Positions 41,562 to 50,306 of a stretch of 64,000 nucleotides of DNA are shown here, in pieces. How positions within the stretch are numbered: the stretch's first letter is position 1; the number at the start of each line of letters is the position of its first letter. Under the pieces are notes generated by a model. The model was not told where the DNA came from. It did not search any database and saw only the letters and a program-made list of their open reading frames with translations. The DNA lies in assembly GCA_913044115.1 (NCBI GenBank), contig CAJWNO010000002.1, positions 16,171 through 80,170 on the forward strand, given 5' to 3'. The stretch is from an uncultured Gammaproteobacteria bacterium (GTDB lineage: Bacteria; Pseudomonadota; Gammaproteobacteria; Magnimaribacterales; TMED112). The translations under genes and the position numbers were made by a program.

Positions 41562-42949
41562 ATTTCTTCTACATTGCCTTCTTCAAATTTATACCTAGAT
41601 TCCTCTATCTTTTTAAGAATCATATATGTAAGTATATGTTTTTTTGAAACAAGATACTTAATTAAACCCTTCACACTGTATTTTTCAGTTATCCATCTAT
41701 TTATAAATGGTTGAGCAATAGACCAAAAATCAAGTTCTGGATATATCTGTCTTCCCATACCTTCTATATGAACTAAAGTCTTAACTAAAAGAACCAAATC
41801 ATTATCAAGATATAAATCAAACTGTTTCATTCCATCAAATAGGTTAAGCAACAACTCACCAAATAAAATTTGCGATAGAGGCTTATCTAGTAAAGTTTCA
41901 CAGTTGGCGCGCAAGACAGCTTCAAGTTCTTCAGTTTTTGTATCTTCTTTCACCCAATCAGCAAAAATAAATAATTGAGCCAATGAGTAGAAGTCTCTTT
42001 CTAATAAACAGGAAATCATTTGAGCTAATAGAATTTGATTTGATTCGGTAAGTGAGCCACAAATAGCATAATCAACAGCATAGTAGTACGGATCATTTGG
42101 CCTATCTTTGGCAGCAAAAATATTTCCTGGGTGCATATCAGCATGAAAGAAATTATCGTCAAAGACTTGCTTTAAAAATATTTTTACACCATTTTCAGAC
42201 AAAGTTTTTAGGTCTAAACCTAATCTCTCAAGCTCACCGATCCCTGTTATTGGGACCCCATCAATATATTCCATAACAAGGGTTTTTCTTGTAGTGAATT
42301 CATCAAATACTTCAGGCACATATAGGTGCTTTGTGCCCGTGAAATTGTTATATGTTTTTTTTGCATTTGCAGCTTCAATTCTGAAATCTAACTCATTTAA
42401 AATTACTCGTTCGTAATCCTCAACTACTGAGTTCAGGTCAATTCTTGGATAGCCTTTATAAAAAATTCTGATTATTTTTGCTGCTAATTTAATCGCATTT
42501 ATATCTCGTGAAATAAAGTTTTCAAGGCCAGGTCTTTGAACTTTAACTACTAATTCTTTTCCTTCGAAGCTAAATCTGTGAACTTGGGCCAATGATGCTG
42601 ATGCCAAAGGGCGCGGATCAATGCTCTCTAAAATTAATTGCGATTTTTTGCCTAAGTTTTTTACAAGCTGATCCTTAATGAACGAGTATTCAACTGGTTC
42701 GCAGCTATCAGTAAGCTTTCCCAACTCTTGAGAAAGATCCTGAGAGATCAAATCAGTTCTAGTAGATAAAAGTTGACCTAGTTTAATAAAAACTGGCCCT
42801 AATCCTTCAATCGCTTGCTTGAACTCATGCTCAATGTTCTCTTTCTTATTTACAGTCTTGAGTAAGGGGTTAAATCCTTTAATAAATAAGTTAAATATTC
42901 CTGAATTTCTTATTGAAAAAAAAATTTTAAGAAGACGAAAGAATCTCAT
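41558..42949 (-). CDS. ubiB: Ubiquinone biosynthesis atypical kinase UbiB
   Basis: ABC1/UbiB-family motifs (LGPVFIKLGQLLSTRTDL, ASASLAQVH, HADMHPGN). Lies between ubiE and tatA. Confidence 0.9.
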   Translation of the reverse strand: MRFFRLLKIFFSIRNSGIFNLFIKGFNPLLKTVNKKENIEHEFKQAIEGLGPVFIKLGQLLSTRTDLISQDLSQELGKLTDSCEPVEYSFIKDQLVKNLGKKSQLILESIDPRPLASASLAQVHRFSFEGKELVVKVQRPGLENFISRDINAIKLAAKIIRIFYKGYPRIDLNSVVEDYERVILNELDFRIEAANAKKTYNNFTGTKHLYVPEVFDEFTTRKTLVMEYIDGVPITGIGELERLGLDLKTLSENGVKIFLKQVFDDNFFHADMHPGNIFAAKDRPNDPYYYAVDYAICGSLTESNQILLAQMISCLLERDFYSLAQLFIFADWVKEDTKTEELEAVLRANCETLLDKPLSQILFGELLLNLFDGMKQFDLYLDNDLVLLVKTLVHIEGMGRQIYPELDFWSIAQPFINRWITEKYSVKGLIKYLVSKKHILTYMILKKIEESRYKFEEGNVEEI

Positions 42950-43695
42950 TTTGTTCCTCTATGTAAAGCAACTATCCCTTTAAAGATATTTTTATAATCA
43001 CAATCTAAATAACCTGCATCTTCGAAAAGACTCAGCATTGCCTCCTGGTCTTCATGAGTTCTTATTGACTTAACAAGATATTCATAGCTCTTCCTATCGC
43101 CTGTAACCAAATCTCCGATTGTTGGAATAAAGTTATAACTATAAAAGTCATAAATTTTTGAGAAATTTTCTCCTTGGCTTTTTGAAAATTCAAGGATATG
43201 GAGTTTACCTCCTTTTTTAAGTACTCTTTTGATTTCTTTAAGACTGCCTTTTTTATCTGAAAAATTTCTAAACCCAAAAGAAATAAACACATGGTCAAAT
43301 GTCTCTTTTTTATAAGGTAGTTTTTCAGCACTAGAAACATCAAAAAAACATTTTTGATAGAAGCCTTCATTTAATGACCTCTCTTTTGCTTTCTCGATCA
43401 TCTCATTATTTTGATCACACAAATATACAGTTTTGCCTCTAACTTTTTTTGAGATTAGTTTGGCAATATCTCCAGTACCTGCAGCTAAGTCTAAGCAATT
43501 CTCATTCTTTTTTATGTTAGCAGCGTCTATAAATGATTTTTTCCAAAACCTATGCATTCCTGCTGACATAAGATCATTCATTAGGTCATAGTTTTCAGAT
43601 ACCTTTGTAAATATACTTTCAACGCCATCTTTCTTGTTTTGTTTAGTAACTTTTTTATCGCCAAAGTATACTTTTTGATTATCTTTAGTGCTCAT
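42946..43695 (-). CDS. ubiE: Demethylmenaquinone/ubiquinone C-methyltransferase UbiE
   Basis: YDLMNDLMS and SAM motif LDLAAGTGD. Ends with the HRG motif (...VALHRGTK). Confidence 0.93.
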   Translation of the reverse strand: MSTKDNQKVYFGDKKVTKQNKKDGVESIFTKVSENYDLMNDLMSAGMHRFWKKSFIDAANIKKNENCLDLAAGTGDIAKLISKKVRGKTVYLCDQNNEMIEKAKERSLNEGFYQKCFFDVSSAEKLPYKKETFDHVFISFGFRNFSDKKGSLKEIKRVLKKGGKLHILEFSKSQGENFSKIYDFYSYNFIPTIGDLVTGDRKSYEYLVKSIRTHEDQEAMLSLFEDAGYLDCDYKNIFKGIVALHRGTK

Positions 43696-43728
43696 ATAGT
43701 ATTATTGTGTTGAGAACAAAAAGTATAA

Positions 43729-44268
43729 ATGACAAATTCAAATTTACTAGCTTGGATAGACCTTGAGATGACTGGGCTTGACCCAGAAAAACATCATATT
43801 ATTGAAATAGCCTGCCTGGTGACAGATTCAGATCTTAATATAGTGGCTGAAGGGCCTGAAATAGCAATTTATCAAAATGATGATGTATTAGGCCTTATGA
43901 ATGAATGGAATATTAATCAACACACATCTTCAGGACTTGTTGAAAAAATTAAAGCTAGCGATATAGGCTTGAAGGAAGCTGAACAGCAAAGCTTGAATTT
44001 CTTTCAAACACACATAAAACAACACAAATCACCACTATGTGGAAGTAGCGTTTCACATGATAGAAGATTTCTAATAAAACATATGCCCAAATTAGCAAAT
44101 CACTTTCATTATCGACACATAGATGTGAGCTCATTTAAAGAAGTAATCAAAAGATGGAAACCAGACGCAGATGAATTTAAAAAACAGTCTTCACACAGAG
44201 CAATGGACGATATCAAAGACTCAGTGAACGAGCTTAGGTTCTACAGGGAAAAATTTTTTAAAAATTAA
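43729..44268 (+). CDS. orn: Oligoribonuclease
   Basis: LAWIDLEMTGLDPE exo motif I, then HDRRFL and HRAMDDI. Confidence 0.93.
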   Translation: MTNSNLLAWIDLEMTGLDPEKHHIIEIACLVTDSDLNIVAEGPEIAIYQNDDVLGLMNEWNINQHTSSGLVEKIKASDIGLKEAEQQSLNFFQTHIKQHKSPLCGSSVSHDRRFLIKHMPKLANHFHYRHIDVSSFKEVIKRWKPDADEFKKQSSHRAMDDIKDSVNELRFYREKFFKN

Positions 44269-44274
44269 ATAAAG

Positions 44275-45600
44275 ATGCCAAAAAAACTATTCGTAAAAAC
44301 CCATGGCTGCCAGATGAATGAATATGATTCTGCAAAAATGATTGATCTTTTGAAAGCGGAAGAAGATTTTGAACTTGCAGAATCAGAAGATGATGCTGAT
44401 TTGCTTATTCTTAATACATGTTCCATAAGAGAAAAAGCCCAAGAAAGAGTTTTTCATCAAATAGGCAGATGGAGAAAAATTAAAGATGAGAAACCAGATC
44501 TTAAAATTGCAATTGGTGGGTGTGTTGCATCTCAAGAAGGCGATAAGATCATAAAAAGAGCACCAGCAGTAGATATAGTTTTTGGTCCTCAATCACTACA
44601 CAATCTTCCAAAACTATATAACGATAAAAACTCAACAAAAAAACCTCAAGTAGATATTTCTTTTCCTAAATTAGAGAAATTTGATCATATTCCCATGCCT
44701 GATAAAGGTGAGGCTTCATCTTTTGTTTCGATTGTGGAGGGGTGCAACAAATATTGTTCTTTTTGTGTAGTTCCGAAAACAAGAGGGCACGAAGTCTCAA
44801 GAAGTGTTGAAGATATTTTAAGAGAGGTTTCAATTTTAGCTGAAAAAGGAACAAAAGAAATTCATTTTCTTGGACAAAATGTTAATAACTTCAAAGGATT
44901 ATATAAAGGTGAGAAATCTTCCCTAGCCAAGCTTATAGAATTAACAGCTAAAATAGAGAATATTGAAAGAATAAGGTTCACAACAAGTCATCCCCATGAA
45001 TTTAAAGATGATCTTGTGGAGGCATATGCAAAAGTGCCTGAATTAGTGAGCCATGTGCACCTTCCTGTCCAAAGTGGTTCTGATCGAATATTAAAATTGA
45101 TGAGACGAAGATATACAGCAGAAAAATACTTAATCCTTATTGATAAATTAAAAAAAGTTAGGCCTGAGATGAAGTTTTCATCTGATTTTATAGTCGGTTT
45201 TCCTGGCGAAACAAAACAAGACTTTGAAGATACTATGAATATTATCAATGAAGTAAAGTTTGATGAGTCATATAGCTTTATATATAGCGCGAGACCAGAC
45301 ACACCAGCGGCTGTTATGGAAGATGATGTATCACAAGAAGAAAAAAAACAAAGACTCAATATCTTGCAAGAGAGATTAAATCAGTTAGCCTTCGGTTATA
45401 GCAGAAAACTGGTTGGAACCACACAAAACTGTTTAGTTACTGGAATTTCAAAAAGAGACCCAGGCCAACTACAGGCCAGAACAATCTGCGATAGAGTAGT
45501 CAATTTTAGGTCAGATAGTATTGATTTAGTTGGACAATTGATTAATATTCGAATAAATGATGCACTACCAAACTGCCTTAGAGGAACTATAGAAAATTAA
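44275..45600 (+). CDS. miaB: tRNA-2-methylthio-N6-dimethylallyladenosine synthase
   Basis: UPF0004 N-terminal domain (THGCQMNEYDS), radical-SAM CNKYCSFC and a C-terminal TRAM domain. Confidence 0.95.
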   Translation: MPKKLFVKTHGCQMNEYDSAKMIDLLKAEEDFELAESEDDADLLILNTCSIREKAQERVFHQIGRWRKIKDEKPDLKIAIGGCVASQEGDKIIKRAPAVDIVFGPQSLHNLPKLYNDKNSTKKPQVDISFPKLEKFDHIPMPDKGEASSFVSIVEGCNKYCSFCVVPKTRGHEVSRSVEDILREVSILAEKGTKEIHFLGQNVNNFKGLYKGEKSSLAKLIELTAKIENIERIRFTTSHPHEFKDDLVEAYAKVPELVSHVHLPVQSGSDRILKLMRRRYTAEKYLILIDKLKKVRPEMKFSSDFIVGFPGETKQDFEDTMNIINEVKFDESYSFIYSARPDTPAAVMEDDVSQEEKKQRLNILQERLNQLAFGYSRKLVGTTQNCLVTGISKRDPGQLQARTICDRVVNFRSDSIDLVGQLINIRINDALPNCLRGTIEN

Positions 45601-45605
45601 AAATC

Positions 45606-46550
45606 TTGTATAGTCATCAATTAAATTTCTCAAACCTTCCGCCAGAGCAGTTGATGCTTTTATGCGGCGAATTAAATAAAAATCTAAAACAAATTGAAAA
45701 GGCGCTTAAGATTAAAGTGATTCAAAATGGTACAGAGTTTAGTTTATCGGGCGATCAAGACGATGTAAAAATGGGCATTTCAGCACTTACAGACTTGAAA
45801 CAAAAACTAGAAACCAACTCATCGATAACTCCAGATGTAGTGCATTTAAGCCTGCACACAGCAAAATTTTCAGATGCTGAAAAAATTGATGCCAATCAAG
45901 TACACATTAAAACACCAAGAGCATCGGTTACTGCTCGAGGTAAAAATCAAAAAGATTACCTGACAAACATAGCCAATTCAGACCTAACTTTTGGCATAGG
46001 TCCATCAGGAACAGGTAAGACTTTTCTTGCAGTAGCTCGTGCAGTAGATGATTTAATTAAAGAAAGAATTAGAAAGATAGTTTTAGTTAGGCCTGCAGTC
46101 GAAGCCGGCGAAAAACTTGGTTTTTTGCCTGGTGACTTGAGCTCAAAGATCGACCCTTACTTAAGACCGCTCTACGATGCTCTACACGATATGCTTGGCG
46201 CAGAAAGAGTTAATAGATTAGTTGAAAGAGATATTATTGAAATAGCGCCTCTTGCTTATATGAGGGGAAGAACATTGAGAGAAGCATTTATAATCATGGA
46301 TGAGGGCCAGAATACTACCATTGAGCAAATGAAAATGTTCTTAACTAGGCTAGGATTTGGCTCAAAAGCTGTTGTAAATGGAGACCTAAGCCAAATAGAT
46401 TTACCAAAGAGCACGAAGTCCGGATTAAAGCATGCCATAGAAGTTTTAAAAGACGTTGAATCGATTAAATTCACAAAATTCACTGCAAGAGATGTGGTAA
46501 GGCATTCGCTGGTGCAAGAAATAGTAGAGGCTTATGATAATTTCGAATAA
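45606..46550 (+). CDS. ybeZ: PhoH-like ATPase YbeZ
   Basis: Walker A GPSGTGKTFLA and IIMDEGQN. TTG start. miaB-ybeZ-ybeY-corC-lnt synteny. Confidence 0.9.
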   Translation: MYSHQLNFSNLPPEQLMLLCGELNKNLKQIEKALKIKVIQNGTEFSLSGDQDDVKMGISALTDLKQKLETNSSITPDVVHLSLHTAKFSDAEKIDANQVHIKTPRASVTARGKNQKDYLTNIANSDLTFGIGPSGTGKTFLAVARAVDDLIKERIRKIVLVRPAVEAGEKLGFLPGDLSSKIDPYLRPLYDALHDMLGAERVNRLVERDIIEIAPLAYMRGRTLREAFIIMDEGQNTTIEQMKMFLTRLGFGSKAVVNGDLSQIDLPKSTKSGLKHAIEVLKDVESIKFTKFTARDVVRHSLVQEIVEAYDNFE

Positions 46551-46998
46551 GAAATTAAATGTAGAGTTTTTTGATCAACCAAATTACGTCACAGAGTCTA
46601 AAAAAAAATTTGAAAACCTTTTACTTGAATTCTTAGATTTTTTTTCTGTTGCAGAAATTAACTTAGAGATAAGTTTCTGTACATCTAGTGAAATAAAAAA
46701 AATTAATAAAGAATTTAGAAGTAAAGACAAACCAACTAATGTTTTATCCTTTCCGGATGAAGAAATAAAGACAGTTTCAAACTCATGTAATGGCGAAATA
46801 CTCATATGTAATGAGGTGCTCGAAAAAGAAGCCCAAGATCAAGATAAAGATCTTTTAGACCACTTTCAACATTTGGTAATTCACTCTATGCTGCACATAC
46901 TTGGCTATGGGCATGATGAGACAAATGATGCTATATTAATGGAAAATAAAGAAGTTAAGTTTTTATCAAAAATTGGAATATCTGACCCATACAAATAA
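46534..46998 (+). CDS. ybeY: rRNA maturation endoribonuclease YbeY
   Basis: Metal-binding motif HSMLHILGYGH. Confidence 0.93.
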   Translation: MIISNKKLNVEFFDQPNYVTESKKKFENLLLEFLDFFSVAEINLEISFCTSSEIKKINKEFRSKDKPTNVLSFPDEEIKTVSNSCNGEILICNEVLEKEAQDQDKDLLDHFQHLVIHSMLHILGYGHDETNDAILMENKEVKFLSKIGISDPYK

Positions 46999-47789
46999 TG
47001 CCTGACGAACCATCGCAATCGTTTCTATCATATTTAAAAAACCTTATTGGTATTGGCACCAACAAAGAAGAGCCATTAAAAAATATAGAACCCGAAGATG
47101 AGAGAATAGAAGAACTCATTGAAAATGTCTTAAACATAAGGGACTCAGTTGTTAAAGAAATAATGATTCCAAAAATTAATATTTCTTTTATTAAGGAAGA
47201 CGATAACCTAGCTGAAATCTACGCTGTAGTTAACAACACAAAACACTCTAGGTATCCTGTTTTTGATAGTGAAAATAATAGAGCGATAGGAATTTTACAC
47301 GTTAAGGATCTGATAGGTTCTGATGAAGAAGCTTTTAAACTTGCCGATATATTAAGAGAAGTAAAATACATACCAGAGTCACAATCAGTTACATCTTTGC
47401 TTGAAGATTTTAAAAAAGACAGAGTTCATTTAGCTATAGTTTTAGATGAATACGGAATGATATCTGGACTAATTACAATTGAAGATATTTTAGAAGAAAT
47501 TGTGGGTGAGATTGAAGATGAATTCTACGAAGAAAAAAATAATGAGATCATTAAAATAAATGATAAAGAATTTATTGTTTCATCTACTATTGAAAAAGAG
47601 AAATTTGAGGAATTCTTTTCACATGAACTTAATTGTCCAGATGTAGAGAGTCTTGGTGGCTTTGTTCTTAAGGAATTTGGCCATCTGCCAAAAGTTGGTG
47701 AGAAGATTGAGGTCGGAAATTTAGAAATGACTATTACATCTGCAGATCAACGAAAAATTAAAAAAATAACAGTACGCAAAGTTGATTAA
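46998..47789 (+). CDS. corC: CBS-pair / CorC_HlyC domain Mg/Co efflux-related protein CorC
   Basis: Tandem CBS segments followed by a C-terminal transporter-associated domain. Synteny supports the call. Confidence 0.85.
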   Translation: MPDEPSQSFLSYLKNLIGIGTNKEEPLKNIEPEDERIEELIENVLNIRDSVVKEIMIPKINISFIKEDDNLAEIYAVVNNTKHSRYPVFDSENNRAIGILHVKDLIGSDEEAFKLADILREVKYIPESQSVTSLLEDFKKDRVHLAIVLDEYGMISGLITIEDILEEIVGEIEDEFYEEKNNEIIKINDKEFIVSSTIEKEKFEEFFSHELNCPDVESLGGFVLKEFGHLPKVGEKIEVGNLEMTITSADQRKIKKITVRKVD

Positions 47790-48999
47790 ATATTTTCTTG
47801 TAGGCTGGTTTTCAGCTTTTCTTTTTTGGGCCTTTTCAATTTCATGGCTCTTTGATGCAGTCAACTATTATGGAGCAGGCAATCTATTAAGTGGTTTTAT
47901 TACGATTCTTTTAGTGAGTTACATTTCAATATATTTTGGAATTTTTACTATGGCTGTTAAATACTTTCAAAACTCTAGGTTTAGATTTCTTATATTGCCC
48001 TCTGTATTTTTTTTATTAGAGTGGCTTAGGTCTTGGATAATATCAGGATTCCCATGGTTAAATCTTGGTGCTATCAATGAATATTTATGGGGGGCATTGC
48101 CTCTTGTAGGAGCCGCTGGGACATCTTTCATTATTGTCCTTGTAATCGCCTTATTCTTTGAAAAAAATAATAAAGCTTTTGCTCGAACTCTTGCGATAGG
48201 TCTATGCCTTCTCATGGCTTTTGGCCCTGGTTTTACCCAAAAGGCTGGTCAAGAGCAACTGCAAATTTCTGTCATTCAGCCAATTGATACCAATTTGAAC
48301 GAAATTATCAATATGACAAAAGAAGCAAATTCAGATTTGGTTGTTTGGCCCGAAGCAGTTGCTCTATACGATAAAACTATTATTGATAGGATAGGTGAAA
48401 AAAATGTTATTGGAGGTTTTTTTAGACAAGAGGGCGAGAACATATATACATCTGCAATAAATTTAGAAACACAACATTTTCACGACAAAAGGAATCTAGT
48501 ACCATTTGGAGAGTTTCAACCATTTGGGAATCTGCTCTCATCTGTTAACGAATTTTTTAATATCCCTAATTCCAATTTAGATAGAGGAGCATCAACACAA
48601 AAAAAAGCAGATTGGTCAGCTCTTATTTGCTGGGAACTAGTTTTTAATAATACTTTTACGAAAAGGGCTAGAGGCACAGACTACATAATTCATATGAGTA
48701 ATGACATGTGGTATGGAGATGGAATGTCTGAACAGCACTTAAAACATGCACGGATGAGGGCAGTTGAATCAAACAAATGGGTTGTTAGAGCTACAATAGA
48801 TGGCATTTCTCAGATAATAAGCCCTAGAACAGAGGAGTCATCTAAGAAGCTGGATAAAAAAACAAAGGGATCGATAACACATACTATTACACTTAACAAA
48901 AAAGATACCTTTTATCTGAAATACGGAGATATGCCATTACTCATCTTATCAATTGTATTTCTGGCCATTGGTTTACTTAATAGAAGATATGAAAAGTAG
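47782..48999 (+). CDS. lnt: Apolipoprotein N-acyltransferase (short, 405 aa)
   Basis: Nitrilase-type triad contexts are present: WPEA (Glu), DKRNLVPFGE (Lys), LICWE (Cys). N-terminal TM helices and one C-terminal TM. TTG start. Confidence 0.8.
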   Translation: MIKYFLVGWFSAFLFWAFSISWLFDAVNYYGAGNLLSGFITILLVSYISIYFGIFTMAVKYFQNSRFRFLILPSVFFLLEWLRSWIISGFPWLNLGAINEYLWGALPLVGAAGTSFIIVLVIALFFEKNNKAFARTLAIGLCLLMAFGPGFTQKAGQEQLQISVIQPIDTNLNEIINMTKEANSDLVVWPEAVALYDKTIIDRIGEKNVIGGFFRQEGENIYTSAINLETQHFHDKRNLVPFGEFQPFGNLLSSVNEFFNIPNSNLDRGASTQKKADWSALICWELVFNNTFTKRARGTDYIIHMSNDMWYGDGMSEQHLKHARMRAVESNKWVVRATIDGISQIISPRTEESSKKLDKKTKGSITHTITLNKKDTFYLKYGDMPLLILSIVFLAIGLLNRRYEK

Positions 49000-49516
49000 A
49001 TTTTTATTTATAATCCTATTGATGTGTTCTCTGCAAGCAAAACAAATAGAAATATCAATTACTGATCAAAAACTTTATCTCTATGACTCTGGAGAGCTTG
49101 TTAAAGAATACATTATTTCATCCTCTAAATATGGAGAAGGTTCTGAAGACGGTTCATTTAAGACCCCATTGGGAAAGCACAAAATAAGTAAGATGATAGG
49201 GGGAGATCAACCACATGGTATGCGTTTCATAGGCAGGATCCCTAGTGAAATATACCCTATTTACTCAGAGGAAAAGGTTTTTGTCACCGATGATGTGGTT
49301 CAATCCAGAATTATATGGCTTACAGGCCTGGAAGAGGGTATAAACAGTGGTTCCGGCATAGATTCATATGCAAGATATATCTATATTCACGGCACCCCAG
49401 AAGAATGGCTTTTAGGAGAAAAGGCTTCTAAAGGCTGCATTAGAATGTCAAATTCAGATGTTATTGAGCTTTTCAATCAGCTAGAAGGCAATGAAAGCGT
49501 TCAAATCAATAAATGA
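48989..49516 (+). CDS. L,D-transpeptidase (YkuD) family protein
   Basis: Signal peptide MKSRFLFIILLMCSLQA and catalytic motif HGTPEEWLLGEKASKGCIRMSN. I moved the start to the ATG at 48989. Confidence 0.75.
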   Translation: MKSRFLFIILLMCSLQAKQIEISITDQKLYLYDSGELVKEYIISSSKYGEGSEDGSFKTPLGKHKISKMIGGDQPHGMRFIGRIPSEIYPIYSEEKVFVTDDVVQSRIIWLTGLEEGINSGSGIDSYARYIYIHGTPEEWLLGEKASKGCIRMSNSDVIELFNQLEGNESVQINK

Positions 49517-49558
49517 GACTTATTTATATAAATAATTAATATTTATTTATAAAAACTA

Positions 49559-49586
49559 TTGATATTATAAAATAACTATTTATTAT
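49559..49586 (+). promoter_or_regulatory. Candidate sigma70-type promoter upstream of the GC-rich element
   Basis: TTGATA-16 nt-TATTAT. A predicted start lies near the GG at 49591-49592. The AT-rich context makes chance matches likely. Confidence 0.3.
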
Positions 49587-49591
49587 AGTAG

Positions 49592-49651
49592 GTATTAGTC
49601 AGTCTCTCCTCTCCCCCCATGACTGACAAGCTAGGGGCTTCGGCCCCAAGC
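49592..49651 (+). ncRNA. Candidate structured RNA (two adjacent hairpins); class unknown, strand tentative
   Basis: Hairpin 1 is GTCAGTC (49598-49604) paired with GACTGAC (49621-49627), enclosing the 16-nt loop UCUCCUCUCCCCCCAU. Hairpin 2 (49630-49651) is GCUAGGGGC-UUCG-GCCCCAAGC. The element is a local GC-rich island in an AT-rich 259-nt spacer. Confidence 0.3.
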
Positions 49652-49666
49652 ACTTTGAGAGAAATT

Positions 49667-49750
49667 ATGGATAAATTTGCTGATAACATAGAACTTTTAA
49701 TACTTTTTACGATATTTGCCGTTTTATTGCTTGGCATTTCCTCAGTCTAG
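49667..49750 (+). CDS. Candidate 27-aa hydrophobic small protein
   Basis: I translated it myself: MDKFADNIELLILFTIFAVLLLGISSV, which has one predicted TM helix. It is preceded by GAGAGA 5 nt upstream of the ATG and ends 25 nt before the gpx ATG. Confidence 0.25.
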   Translation: MDKFADNIELLILFTIFAVLLLGISSV

Positions 49751-49775
49751 CCTCATATATATCTTAGGTAGAAAT

Positions 49776-50306
49776 ATGAAAAATTTTTTAATTACATCAC
49801 TGCTCTTTTTTGGTCTGCACGCTTTTAGTTGTAATGATCTTTTAGATACAGATGTAAAAATTCTTAATGAAAAAGAATATAAGAATTTGTGCGAGTACAG
49901 CGATCACACAATACTAGTTGTAAATACTGCAAGCAAATGTGGTTTCACATATCAGTATGAACAATTGGAAGCATTGCAAAGAAGATTTAAAGACCAAAAA
50001 TTTACTGTATTAGGGTTCCCTTCAAGAAATTTCATGGGCCAAGAGTATAGTGACGAAGAAAAAGTAAGTGAATTTTGTAAATCAACATTTGACGTCTCAT
50101 TTCCACTCTTTTCTATTACAAATGTAAAAAATTCTACAAATCACCCTTTCTATAAAAAGCTATACAAACAAACTAGAGAGAGGCCATCTTGGAATTTTCA
50201 TAAATATCTAATAACTTCTACTGGAGAAATTAAAAGTTTTTCACACAGAATAGATCCAGAAGATGCACAGATCGTTAATGCCATTCAAGAATCAATTAAT
50301 CTGTAA
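49776..50306 (+). CDS. Glutathione peroxidase (Cys-type, secreted/periplasmic)
   Basis: Signal peptide. Motifs NTASKCGFT (Cys encoded by TGT, not TGA), LGFPSRNFMGQE and WNFHKYLI. I moved the start to the ATG at 49776. Confidence 0.9.
   Translation: MKNFLITSLLFFGLHAFSCNDLLDTDVKILNEKEYKNLCEYSDHTILVVNTASKCGFTYQYEQLEALQRRFKDQKFTVLGFPSRNFMGQEYSDEEKVSEFCKSTFDVSFPLFSITNVKNSTNHPFYKKLYKQTRERPSWNFHKYLITSTGEIKSFSHRIDPEDAQIVNAIQESINL

Noticed and set aside
49521-49536. Perfect 16-bp palindrome TTATTTATATAAATAA just after the ldt stop
   Set aside because: It consists only of A and T in an AT-rich spacer, so it is thermodynamically weak and plausibly a chance occurrence. It is not enough to call a terminator or operator.
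49716-49775. TTG-initiated extension of the glutathione peroxidase ORF
   Set aside because: The ATG at 49776 is followed directly by a signal peptide and preceded by AGGTAG. The extension would overlap the candidate small ORF and adds non-homologous residues.
49938-49940. Possible selenocysteine at the glutathione peroxidase active site
   Set aside because: The active-site residue is encoded by TGT (Cys), not in-frame TGA. No SECIS is needed.
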